NCBI GenBank assembly: GCA_946407495.1
Contig: CAMJOB010000003.1
Coordinates: 1 to 63,129 of the forward strand
Direction: 5' to 3'
Length of the DNA: 63,129 nucleotides
Source: an uncultured Bacillota bacterium
Lineage (GTDB): Bacteria; Bacillota_I; Bacilli_A; RF39; UBA660
The translations under genes and the position numbers were made by a program. How positions within the stretch are numbered: the stretch's first letter is position 1; each line of letters begins with the position of its first letter. Positions 9,425 to 17,741 of the stretch are shown here, piece by piece. The notes under the pieces were generated by a model that was not told where the DNA came from, ran no database searches, and saw only the letters and a list, made by a program, of their open reading frames with translations.

Positions 9425-10594
9425 ATGTTAGGCGGATTAGAAATGGATCAATTAGCAAAGATTAAGGTTATTGGTGTCGGTGGCGGCGGCGGTAACGCAA
9501 TTAATCGAATGGTTGAGTCTGGCGTAAAAGGCGTAGAATTTATTGCTGCTAATACTGATCTTCAAGTTTTGAATTCATCAAAAGCTGATGTTAAAATCCA
9601 AATTGGTTCTAATCTTACTGATGGGTTAGGTGCTGGAGCAAGACCAGAAATTGGAAAAGAAGCTGCTCTAGAATCTAAGAAAGAAATAGAAGATGCCCTA
9701 GTAGGTGCTGATATGATTTTCATTACTGCAGGTATGGGTGGAGGAACTGGTACTGGTGCTGCTCCTATAATTGCAGAAATTGCTCAAGGATTAGGTGCTT
9801 TAACAGTTGCTATTGTAACTAAACCGTTCTCATTCGAAGGAAAGAGAAGAATGGATAATGCTTTAGCAGGTATTGAAGAATTAAGAAAACATGTAGATAC
9901 ATTAATTATTATTCCAAATGATAGATTAAGAGAAATTATTGATAAGACTACTCCTATGGTAGAAGCATTTAAAGAAGTAGATAATGTATTACGTCGAAGT
10001 GTACAATCTATTTCAGACTTAATTGCTGTAGTAGGATTAGTTAACCTTGACTTTGCAGATGTTAAAGCTGTAATGGAAGGTAGTGGACATGCTATTATCG
10101 GTATTGGTATTGGTATGGGTGAAGAAAGAGCAATCGAAGCTGCTAAACAAGCAGTATCTTCTCCATTATTAGAGATTCCAATTACTGGTGCAACAGATGC
10201 AATTATCAATATTACTGGTGGTGTTAACTTAACATTATTTGAAGCTGAACAAGCTGCTGAAGTTGTTAGAGCTGCAGCTGGTACTGATATTAATACAATC
10301 TTCGGATCTGTAATTAATGAAAATTTAAGTGATGAAGTTATCGTTACTGTAATTGCTACAGGATTTGATAAACAAGCTCGTCAAAAAGAAATGAAAGAAA
10401 GAGAAAGATTAAACGCTGTTCCAGTTCAAGAAGAGCATGATTATCCTAGACCAACTCGTTCTAGTCAATATGAAATGCCAAGAGAACCAGAATATGCACC
10501 ACAACCTGAAGTATTAGATACTAATACTGCAAAGGCTGAACCTGCAGAAGATCGTTATGAACTTCCTCCTTTCTTAAGAGATAGAACTCATTAA
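9425..10594 (+). CDS. ftsZ: cell division GTPase FtsZ
   Basis: GVGGGGGNA, the tubulin signature [10 protein letters not shown], and C-terminal LPPFLR. AAGGAGG RBS. Confidence 0.97.
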   Translation: MLGGLEMDQLAKIKVIGVGGGGGNAINRMVESGVKGVEFIAANTDLQVLNSSKADVKIQIGSNLTDGLGAGARPEIGKEAALESKKEIEDALVGADMIFITAGMGGGTGTGAAPIIAEIAQGLGALTVAIVTKPFSFEGKRRMDNALAGIEELRKHVDTLIIIPNDRLREIIDKTTPMVEAFKEVDNVLRRSVQSISDLIAVVGLVNLDFADVKAVMEGSGHAIIGIGIGMGEERAIEAAKQAVSSPLLEIPITGATDAIINITGGVNLTLFEAEQAAEVVRAAAGTDINTIFGSVINENLSDEVIVTVIATGFDKQARQKEMKERERLNAVPVQEEHDYPRPTRSSQYEMPREPEYAPQPEVLDTNTAKAEPAEDRYELPPFLRDRTH

Positions 10595-10603
10595 TAAAAT
10601 AAC

Positions 10604-10634
10604 AAAACCAATCGATTGATTGGTTTTTTTGTTT
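10604..10634 (+). terminator. rho-independent terminator after ftsZ
   Basis: Stem AAAACCAATC/GATTGGTTTT followed by a T-run. Confidence 0.8.
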
Positions 10635-10641
10635 GAAATAT

Positions 10642-10673
10642 AAGAAATAAAAAATAGTCCCGAAGGACTATTT
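10642..10673 (-). terminator. rho-independent terminator after pyrH
   Basis: Stem AAATAGTCC/GGACTATTT with a CGAA loop. The T-run is on the minus strand. Confidence 0.75.
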
Positions 10674-10681
10674 ATTTAATG

Positions 10682-11383
10682 TTAGTTTTTTACCATTGTA
10701 CCAACATCTTCTCCAAGAATAATCCTTTTTAAAACACCTTTTTTATTAACGTTAAAAACATGTATTGGAATATTTTCATCCATACATAGACTTGTTGCTG
10801 TAGAATCCATTACATTTAATTGTTTATTTAATACATCAATATATGTAATTTCATGGAACATTTTAGCATCTTTATGTTTATTAGGGTCTTTATCATAAAC
10901 ACCATCTACTTTAGTTGCTTTAATAACAACATCTGCATTTATTTCTGCAGCTCTTAGTGCAGCAGCAGTATCAGTAGAGAAGAATGGTGAACCTGTTCCA
11001 CATCCAAATACTACAACTCTTCCTTTTTCTAAATGACGAATTGCACGATCTTTAATATAGAATTCAGCAATTTGTCTCATTTCTACACCAGTTTGTACTC
11101 TTACTGGAACTTCTAATTGTTTAAATGCATCTCCTAGGGCTAGGGCATTCATTACTGTTCCCATCATACCAATGTAGTCACTTGTAGCACGATCCATAAA
11201 TTCATTTGATTTACCTCTCCAGAAGTTTCCACCGCCAACTACGATACCAACTTCTACACCTAAATCGGCTACTTCTTTAATTTCGTTAGCAAGTTCTAAT
11301 GTTCTATTAAAATCAATACCATGACCTTTATCGCCGGCTAGAACTTCGCCACTTAATTTAAGTAAAATTCTCTTATATTTCAT
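10682..11383 (-). CDS. pyrH: UMP kinase
   Basis: [20 protein letters not shown], and full-length similarity to PyrH. Confidence 0.95.
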   Translation of the reverse strand: MKYKRILLKLSGEVLAGDKGHGIDFNRTLELANEIKEVADLGVEVGIVVGGGNFWRGKSNEFMDRATSDYIGMMGTVMNALALGDAFKQLEVPVRVQTGVEMRQIAEFYIKDRAIRHLEKGRVVVFGCGTGSPFFSTDTAAALRAAEINADVVIKATKVDGVYDKDPNKHKDAKMFHEITYIDVLNKQLNVMDSTATSLCMDENIPIHVFNVNKKGVLKRIILGEDVGTMVKN

Positions 11384-11454
11384 AACTATTCTCCTTCCAA
11401 ATTATAATATCATAAAATTGTGTATATATATAGTAAAAAAATTCGTTTATTTAT

Positions 11455-11483
11455 TTGACACTATTGGGTAGTTGTGCTATAAT
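11455..11483 (+). promoter_or_regulatory. consensus sigma-A promoter for the rplU operon
   Basis: TTGACA, 17-nt spacer, TATAAT; a perfect match to consensus. Confidence 0.75.
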
Positions 11484-11487
11484 CTTT

Positions 11488-11575
11488 GGTGTTTGAAGCC
11501 TCATGCTCAAACCGCATTGAAAAGGTTAAAACGTAAATACGTGCCTTAAGAGCGAGTCTTAAGTTTAAAAAAGAG
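11488..11575 (+). ncRNA. candidate L21 ribosomal-protein leader (autoregulatory 5' UTR)
   Basis: About 95-nt leader between the promoter and rplU. It has two hairpins (GTTTGA...TCAAAC and CTTAAG...CTTAAG). An L21 leader is known in Bacillota, but this was not checked against a covariance model. Confidence 0.4.
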
Positions 11576-11585
11576 GAGGTAAATT

Positions 11586-11888
11586 ATGAACGCTGTAGTA
11601 AAAGTTGGTGGAAAACAATATTACGTAACAGAAGGATCTGAAATTTTCGTAGAAAAATTAGATTGCGCTGCTGGTGATGTTGTTAAGTTTGATCAAGTAT
11701 TAATGCTTGATTCAAAAGTAGGAAATCCTTATCTTACTAATGTTACTGTTGAAGGTGAAGTACTAAAGAACGGTAAGAATAAGAAAATCAGAGTTTTCAA
11801 GTATAAGAGTAAAGACAGATCTAATCGTAAAACTCAAGGACATAGACAACCTTATACAAAAATTAAAATTACTAAAATTAATGGTTAA
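11586..11888 (+). CDS. rplU: 50S ribosomal protein L21
   Basis: MNAVVKVGGKQYYV...HRQPYTKIKI. Confidence 0.97.
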   Translation: MNAVVKVGGKQYYVTEGSEIFVEKLDCAAGDVVKFDQVLMLDSKVGNPYLTNVTVEGEVLKNGKNKKIRVFKYKSKDRSNRKTQGHRQPYTKIKITKING

Positions 11889-11891
11889 TCT

Positions 11892-12194
11892 ATGATAAAA
11901 GTAACGGTTATAAAAGAAAATGCAAAATTCAAGAAAATATCTTTATTAGGTCATGCAATGTATGATGATTATGGAAAAGATATAGTATGTAGTGCTGTTA
12001 GTAGTATAGTTATTACTTCAGTAAATGGAATTCTTGCATTAAATAAAGGAAGTCTTAGTTACTTAGTTAGTAAGAAGGGTATGACAATCGATATTAAGAA
12101 TATGGATGAGACAACTCAAATACTAATAGGAAACATGATAAGTCTTTTAAAGGAACTGGAAAGTAAATATCCAGATAATATTGAAATTAAGTAA
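11892..12194 (+). CDS. prp: ribosomal-processing cysteine protease Prp
   Basis: Located between rplU and rpmA. GHA...DIVCSAVS motifs supply the His/Cys dyad. Confidence 0.85.
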   Translation: MIKVTVIKENAKFKKISLLGHAMYDDYGKDIVCSAVSSIVITSVNGILALNKGSLSYLVSKKGMTIDIKNMDETTQILIGNMISLLKELESKYPDNIEIK

Positions 12195-12208
12195 GGGAGG
12201 ATATAATT

Positions 12209-12499
12209 ATGAAATTTTTAAAATTAGATATACAATTATTTGCTCACCACAAAGGGCAAGGTTCAACATCTAATGGTAGAGACTCTGCAGGTAGACGTCT
12301 AGGTGCTAAAGCTGCTGATGGACAATTCGTTACAGCTGGATCAATTATCTATCGTCAACGCGGAACTAAAGTATTCCCAGGAACTAATGTACGTCGTGGA
12401 AATGACGATACTTTATATACAACAATTGATGGAGTAGTTAAGTTCGAACGTTTAGGAAGAGATAAGAAACAAGCATCTGTTTACGAAGTTACAGAATAA
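12209..12499 (+). CDS. rpmA: 50S ribosomal protein L27 with cleavable N-terminal extension
   Basis: [12 protein letters not shown]|HHKGQGST...GRDS. The extension matches the Prp cleavage context. Confidence 0.97.
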   Translation: MKFLKLDIQLFAHHKGQGSTSNGRDSAGRRLGAKAADGQFVTAGSIIYRQRGTKVFPGTNVRRGNDDTLYTTIDGVVKFERLGRDKKQASVYEVTE

Positions 12500-12503
12500 A
12501 ATT

Positions 12504-12531
12504 AGAGAGCCATCGGCTCTCTTTCTTTTTC
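12504..12531 (+). terminator. rho-independent terminator after rpmA
   Basis: Stem AGAGAGCC/GGCTCTCT followed by TTCTTTTT. Confidence 0.8.
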
Positions 12532-12564
12532 TATATGATATACTTTATGTAAGGAGGGGATTAT

Positions 12565-13839
12565 ATGTTTGTTGATGAGGTAACCATTAAAGTAGAAGCT
12601 GGTAATGGTGGAGATGGATGTACTGCATTCCGTCGTGAAAAATTCATTGAAATGGGTGGACCTTATGGTGGTAATGGAGGTCATGGTGCTGACATTATTT
12701 TCAAAGTAGATGAAGGATTACATACATTATTAGATTTACGTTATCAAAAAACAATTAAAGGTGCTAATGGAGAAAATGGTCGTGGTAAGAATCAACATGG
12801 TAAAGGCGCAGAACCATTAATCGTTAGAGTACCACAAGGAACAGTAGTTACTGATTTAGATACCGGAATGATTTTAGCTGATTTATCTAAAAAAGATCAA
12901 CAAGAATTAATTGCTAAAGGTGGTCGTGGTGGTAGAGGAAATACTGCTTTCAAGACTCAAACTAATACAGCTCCTGATTACTCTGAAAGAGGAGAAGAAG
13001 GAGAACATAAGACATTAAAAGTAGAAGTTAAAATGCTTGCTGATGTTGGTTTAGTTGGATTACCTAGTGTTGGTAAGAGTACAATTATTTCTTGTGTTTC
13101 AAAATCAAAACCAAAGATTGCAGCATATCACTTCACAACACTTAATCCAAATTTAGGTGTAGTTAAAGCAAGTGATGGTCGTAGTTTTGTTATGGCTGAC
13201 TTACCTGGATTAATTGAAGGTGCTAGTCAAGGTGAAGGTTTAGGAGATAAATTCTTACGTCATATTGAAAGAACTAGAGTTATTGCTCATGTTGTAGATA
13301 TGAGTGCTTCTGAATTACGTGATCCATATGAAGATTTCGTAATGATTAATAACGAATTAAAAGAATTTAATCCAAAATTATTAGAAAAACCAATGATTGT
13401 TATTGCGAATAAAATGGATCTACCAGATGCTAAAGAACATCTAGAAGAATTTAAGAAAAAAGTAGATTGTGAAGTATTTGAAGTTAGTGCTGCTACTAAT
13501 ACAGGATTACAAGCAGTAGTAGATAAACTTGCAGATATGTTAGATCAAATACCAATGAATCCACTATATGATGAGAGTCAAATTGAATCACATGTTTTAT
13601 ATAAATTCAAGAAAGAAGAACCATTTACTATTACTCGTGATGATGATGGTACATGGGCTATTAGTGGAGATGAAGTTGAAAGAATATTTAAGATGACAAA
13701 ATTTTCTTCTGAAGAGAGCGAATATCGTTTTGCGAAGAAACTTAGTCGCATGGGGATTGATGATAAATTACGTGAACTAGGTGCAGAGGAAGGAGACGAA
13801 GTTAGAATATTAGATTTCTACTTCATGTTTAAAGATTAA
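12565..13839 (+). CDS. obg: GTPase Obg/CgtA
   Basis: Gly-rich Obg fold (GNGGDGC, GGNGGHG), G1 motif GLPSVGKST, DLPGLIEGA, NKMD, and a C-terminal OCT domain. Confidence 0.96.
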   Translation: MFVDEVTIKVEAGNGGDGCTAFRREKFIEMGGPYGGNGGHGADIIFKVDEGLHTLLDLRYQKTIKGANGENGRGKNQHGKGAEPLIVRVPQGTVVTDLDTGMILADLSKKDQQELIAKGGRGGRGNTAFKTQTNTAPDYSERGEEGEHKTLKVEVKMLADVGLVGLPSVGKSTIISCVSKSKPKIAAYHFTTLNPNLGVVKASDGRSFVMADLPGLIEGASQGEGLGDKFLRHIERTRVIAHVVDMSASELRDPYEDFVMINNELKEFNPKLLEKPMIVIANKMDLPDAKEHLEEFKKKVDCEVFEVSAATNTGLQAVVDKLADMLDQIPMNPLYDESQIESHVLYKFKKEEPFTITRDDDGTWAISGDEVERIFKMTKFSSEESEYRFAKKLSRMGIDDKLRELGAEEGDEVRILDFYFMFKD

Positions 13840-14381
13840 TGAATGAATTAAAGAGAACTTATAATAGAGCAAAAAGAATGCATGAGAATATGAAAGAGGT
13901 TGATTATAGAGAATTAGTTGCTTTAAATATGGATATGGTTAATATTAATTCGAAGATGAAAAATAGTACTAAGAATAGATTGTATTTAAATACTTGTAGA
14001 GAGATTCTTAATGCTGAAGGTGAATTTAATATTTATCATGAAGGTTTCTTAGTTGAACATCAAAATCTATGTGATTTTTATATGGCGATTAAGAGTGCTG
14101 CTTTCTTACCATATCCTAAACAACCACTTCATATGGAAAAGTTAGAAAGAGAATTATTCTTACGTCTATTTGGGGTATCTTATGATATTGCACAAGCTAA
14201 GAAAGAAAATCCTGAATATGTTTATTCTGATTGTGAAGCTATCGAATACCTTTCTGACTTATATGGTGTATGGAGTGAAGATACTAAACATGATTACTTT
14301 AAGAAATATGCAGAAAAAGCATTAAATGATATTAAAGGACAAGCTAGTATTAAAGAAGAAACAACAGTTTTTACAAAATAG
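13839..14381 (+). CDS. hypothetical protein (180 aa), translationally coupled to obg
   Basis: TAATG stop/start overlap with obg. No motif recognised. Confidence 0.5.
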   Translation: MNELKRTYNRAKRMHENMKEVDYRELVALNMDMVNINSKMKNSTKNRLYLNTCREILNAEGEFNIYHEGFLVEHQNLCDFYMAIKSAAFLPYPKQPLHMEKLERELFLRLFGVSYDIAQAKKENPEYVYSDCEAIEYLSDLYGVWSEDTKHDYFKKYAEKALNDIKGQASIKEETTVFTK

Positions 14382-14396
14382 TTTAGGGGGATTAAT

Positions 14397-15083
14397 ATGC
14401 AACAAGATAAAGACAAGTATTTAAAAGTTAAACAATATATTATGGATCATATGGAAGATTATACTTCTCGTGAAATCCAATATATGATAGAAAATTATGA
14501 TCAAGGTAAACGTACACGTTTTGCACCTGATGTATTAAGACAAATCTATGATACTTTAGATATTACTCCTGATAAGGATAATATGTATAAAGGATTTGTT
14601 GAATTACTAAAGAAAAACTACGATATTAATTGTGATGTTGTAGAAATAGGTGGTGGAGTAATACCAGTAGTTGCTAAACACATACGTGAAGCACAAGTAA
14701 CTGGTAGTGTTACTGTATATGATCCTAAGATATCTAGAGTATTACAAAATAGTGATGGATATACTTTAAAACGTGAAATGTTTAATGATAGAACTGATAC
14801 AGGTAATGCTAAACTATTTGTAGGATTTATGCCTTGCCAAGCTACTGAATTAATTATTAGAAAAGCTTGTGAGAATAATGCTGATTTTATGATTGCTTTA
14901 TGTGAAGGTGGTCATTGTGAATATGATGATTACTTTGATGAAGAAGAATGGCGTGAGAGTATGCGTTATCTAGCACGTCGTGAATTAGATAAGAATAAGA
15001 TAGGTACTTTAGAAGAGACAGATTTAAAATCTTTTGGGGATCCTTATCCTGTAATTTATAGTAAAAGAAGAAACTTTAAGTAG
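14397..15083 (+). CDS. hypothetical protein (228 aa), possible Rossmann/SAM-MTase-like fold
   Basis: VVEIGGGVIP resembles nucleotide-binding motif I. GGGGGA RBS. The assignment is weak. Confidence 0.45.
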   Translation: MQQDKDKYLKVKQYIMDHMEDYTSREIQYMIENYDQGKRTRFAPDVLRQIYDTLDITPDKDNMYKGFVELLKKNYDINCDVVEIGGGVIPVVAKHIREAQVTGSVTVYDPKISRVLQNSDGYTLKREMFNDRTDTGNAKLFVGFMPCQATELIIRKACENNADFMIALCEGGHCEYDDYFDEEEWRESMRYLARRELDKNKIGTLEETDLKSFGDPYPVIYSKRRNFK

Positions 15084-15096
15084 TTTCTTTTTTTTG
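15069..15096 (+). terminator. rho-independent terminator
   Basis: Stem AGAAACT/AGTTTCT followed by T8. Confidence 0.75.
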
Positions 15097-15139
15097 TCTT
15101 TATGTTATAATAATTTTATAGTAGGATGAGGTGGTATAG

Positions 15140-15952
15140 ATGAGAAGCGTAGAATACTTAACTTCTATGGGTGTTGATGTTAAATCTAGCCTTGAATTAT
15201 TTGGTGATATCAACACATATAACGATACTTTAGGAGAATTTGTTGTTAGTGCTACTGAAAAGTTAGCAAGACTTGAAGCATATAAAAATAGTAAAGATAT
15301 TGCGAATTATACAATATATGTTCATTCATTAAAGAGTGATTCAAGATACTTTGGATTTACTTCTTTAGGAGACTTGGCTTATGAGCATGAGATGAAAGGT
15401 AAAGCTGGAGATGTTTTATATATCCAACAAAACTTTGGTCAATTACAAGATGCAGTTAAAAATGCTTTAGCTATTGCGAATGAATATTTAAATGGAAGTG
15501 ATGGGGCACCAGCAAAAGCTGCTGCACCTTCTAAAGCAGTTACTACTACTGGAGAGGTTTATGTTCAACCTGCAATATTAGTAGTAGATGACTCAAGTAT
15601 TATTCGTAACTTTGTTAAACGTATATTTAATGATAAATACTATGTTGGAGATGCTAAGAATGGTCAAGAAGCAATTAATATAATTGCTGCTAATGCTGAT
15701 AATGATCAAATTAAAGCAATTCTTCTTGATTTAAATATGCCTGGAGTAGATGGATTTGCAGTACTTGAATATATGCAAAAGAATTTATTATTCCAAAAAA
15801 TTCCAGTATCTATTATCTCAGGGGACTCTACTAAAGAAACAATTGATAGAGCATTTAATTATCCAATAGTAGATATGCTTGGTAAACCATTCTCAGAAGC
15901 GAATGTTAAAAGTATATTAGATAAAACATTAATGTATAAAGAATTAAATTAG
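15140..15952 (+). CDS. Hpt domain - receiver domain fusion protein (no output domain)
   Basis: Hpt signature YVHSLKSDSRYFGF. The receiver has VVDDS, LLDLNMPGVDG, IISGD and GKPF. Confidence 0.8.
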   Translation: MRSVEYLTSMGVDVKSSLELFGDINTYNDTLGEFVVSATEKLARLEAYKNSKDIANYTIYVHSLKSDSRYFGFTSLGDLAYEHEMKGKAGDVLYIQQNFGQLQDAVKNALAIANEYLNGSDGAPAKAAAPSKAVTTTGEVYVQPAILVVDDSSIIRNFVKRIFNDKYYVGDAKNGQEAINIIAANADNDQIKAILLDLNMPGVDGFAVLEYMQKNLLFQKIPVSIISGDSTKETIDRAFNYPIVDMLGKPFSEANVKSILDKTLMYKELN

Positions 15953-15966
15953 AGGGATGTGTGAGT

Positions 15967-16890
15967 ATGAATAAAAAGGCTATCGAATATTTAGATTTCT
16001 TAGAAGTAAGTGATTCGTTCTTCTATGAAAATTTTAAAGACTTTATTGCTTATGCTAACGGGATGAATAAATACTTAAGAGATGAAGAATATGCAGAATT
16101 AAAAGAAGCTACTGAAACCGATTTAAAAATAGCTTTAAAAGATAAAAAGACTACTATTAATATTATTAAGAACTTCTTTTATAAGATTTCTCCTAATATT
16201 ATTAAACAAATTGATTATGACGTAGAAAATGAAAATATTGTTTTCTTACCTAAAGAAGAGATGGGAGACGTTAATAGTCGTGTTACTGTAGATGGAGATA
16301 ATTATAGAATTGAAATTCTTGAGACTAACAAATTAGATGCTGCATTCTTATTAGTACGTGAATATGCGTATTTATTTGCAGGTGATCTATTAGATGCTAA
16401 AGGGTTTGAAGATGGATTAAAGAAAACTTATGTTGAAATGGTTATGTCACTTACTGAGTTTGCTTTAGCTAAACATTTAAGTGCTAATCCATCACTTCGC
16501 AGAGATTCTATTAATTATATTTATAAAAAATTATATGGAACTATTTATGATGTTAACGAAACTTATTTAACACTTATGTATTTAGGTTTCTTATTAGAAG
16601 ATAAGAGTGAGGAAGAAATCAAAGCTACTTTAGGTGATGATGAAATGGTTAATCACTTAGATAAGATTATTACTGAGAAGAAACCATGTAATACATATAT
16701 TGATACTCTTGGAACAATGATGGCTTTAAAAGCAATTAATGATAATGAAGATGCATTTGATTTAGTAAATAATGTTTATGTTGAAGCATCTGATGGATTA
16801 TTAAATGAAATAATTGCTCAATTCCCATTAGATTTAAATGAACAAGCAGGAGTTGAAGAGATTACTAAATATATTAGAAATAGTAAGTAA
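15967..16890 (+). CDS. hypothetical protein (about 307 aa)
   Basis: ORF directly after the Hpt-REC gene. ATG at 15967, 9 nt after GAGGGA. No catalytic motif seen. Confidence 0.5.
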   Translation: MNKKAIEYLDFLEVSDSFFYENFKDFIAYANGMNKYLRDEEYAELKEATETDLKIALKDKKTTINIIKNFFYKISPNIIKQIDYDVENENIVFLPKEEMGDVNSRVTVDGDNYRIEILETNKLDAAFLLVREYAYLFAGDLLDAKGFEDGLKKTYVEMVMSLTEFALAKHLSANPSLRRDSINYIYKKLYGTIYDVNETYLTLMYLGFLLEDKSEEEIKATLGDDEMVNHLDKIITEKKPCNTYIDTLGTMMALKAINDNEDAFDLVNNVYVEASDGLLNEIIAQFPLDLNEQAGVEEITKYIRNSK

Positions 16891-16950
16891 AACTTGATAA
16901 ATAAAGCGTTTTGTGTTATCTTATTAAGGAAAAACGAAGGAGGTATTTAA

Positions 16951-17673
16951 ATGAGTGGACATTCAAAATGGGCTACAATTCACAGAAAAAAAGGTCTTTT
17001 AGATCAAGCACGTGGTAAAGTTTTCCAAAAGTTAGCTAAAGAAATCATGGTTGCTGCGAAGGGTGGAAGTCCTGATCCGTCTCAAAATGCCGCGTTAAGA
17101 TTAGTAGTTGATAAGGCTAAAGCACAAAATATGCCTAAGGATAATATTCAAAAGGCAATTGATAAAGCTGCAGGAACTGCAGATGGAGCAAATTACGAAA
17201 GTGTTCGTTATGAAGGATACGGACATGGTGGAGTTGCTTTTATGGTTGACTGTTTAACAGATAATCGTAATCGTACTGCTTCACAAGTAAGAAGTGCATT
17301 TACTAAAGCAGGTGGAAACTTAGGAACTGATGGAAGTGTTTCATATATGTTTGAACGTCGTGGTTCTATTGTTATTCCAGCTGATTATGATGAAGAAACA
17401 ATGATGATGACTGCATTAGATGCAGGAGCAGTTGATTTTGAAAGAGTAGAAGATACTTATGTTATTACAACTGAACAAACTACATTTACTGCTGTTAAAG
17501 ATGCTTTAGAAAAAGAAGATGTAAAAGAATTCTTAGAATGTGAATTAACTTATGTTCCTAATATGGAAGTTACTCTTGATGAAGAGGGAGCAGAGAAAGT
17601 ACATAATCTAGTTGATGCATTAGAAGATTTAGATGATGTACAAGATGTTTACTATAATTTAAAAGAGGATTAA
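16951..17673 (+). CDS. YebC/PmpR family DNA-binding regulator
   Basis: MSGHSKWATIHRKKG N-terminus is diagnostic of the family. Confidence 0.93.
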   Translation: MSGHSKWATIHRKKGLLDQARGKVFQKLAKEIMVAAKGGSPDPSQNAALRLVVDKAKAQNMPKDNIQKAIDKAAGTADGANYESVRYEGYGHGGVAFMVDCLTDNRNRTASQVRSAFTKAGGNLGTDGSVSYMFERRGSIVIPADYDEETMMMTALDAGAVDFERVEDTYVITTEQTTFTAVKDALEKEDVKEFLECELTYVPNMEVTLDEEGAEKVHNLVDALEDLDDVQDVYYNLKED

Positions 17674-17689
17674 TTCCTCTTTTTTTTTT
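17661..17689 (+). terminator. rho-independent terminator
   Basis: Stem AAAGAGGA/TCCTCTTT followed by a long T-run. Confidence 0.8.
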
Positions 17690-17741
17690 GCTTGTTTATT
17701 TGTTTAATTTATTTGAATATAGTATAATGGAAAGGTAGAGG

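Noticed and set aside
9784-10209. 141-aa antisense ORF inside ftsZ.
   Set aside because: It lies entirely within the highly conserved ftsZ reading frame. It is a low-complexity translation typical of the antisense of Gly/Ala-rich coding sequence, and it has no RBS.
12502-12684. 60-aa minus-strand ORF overlapping the rpmA terminator and the obg start.
   Set aside because: It is antisense to the conserved Obg N-terminus and has no translation signals.
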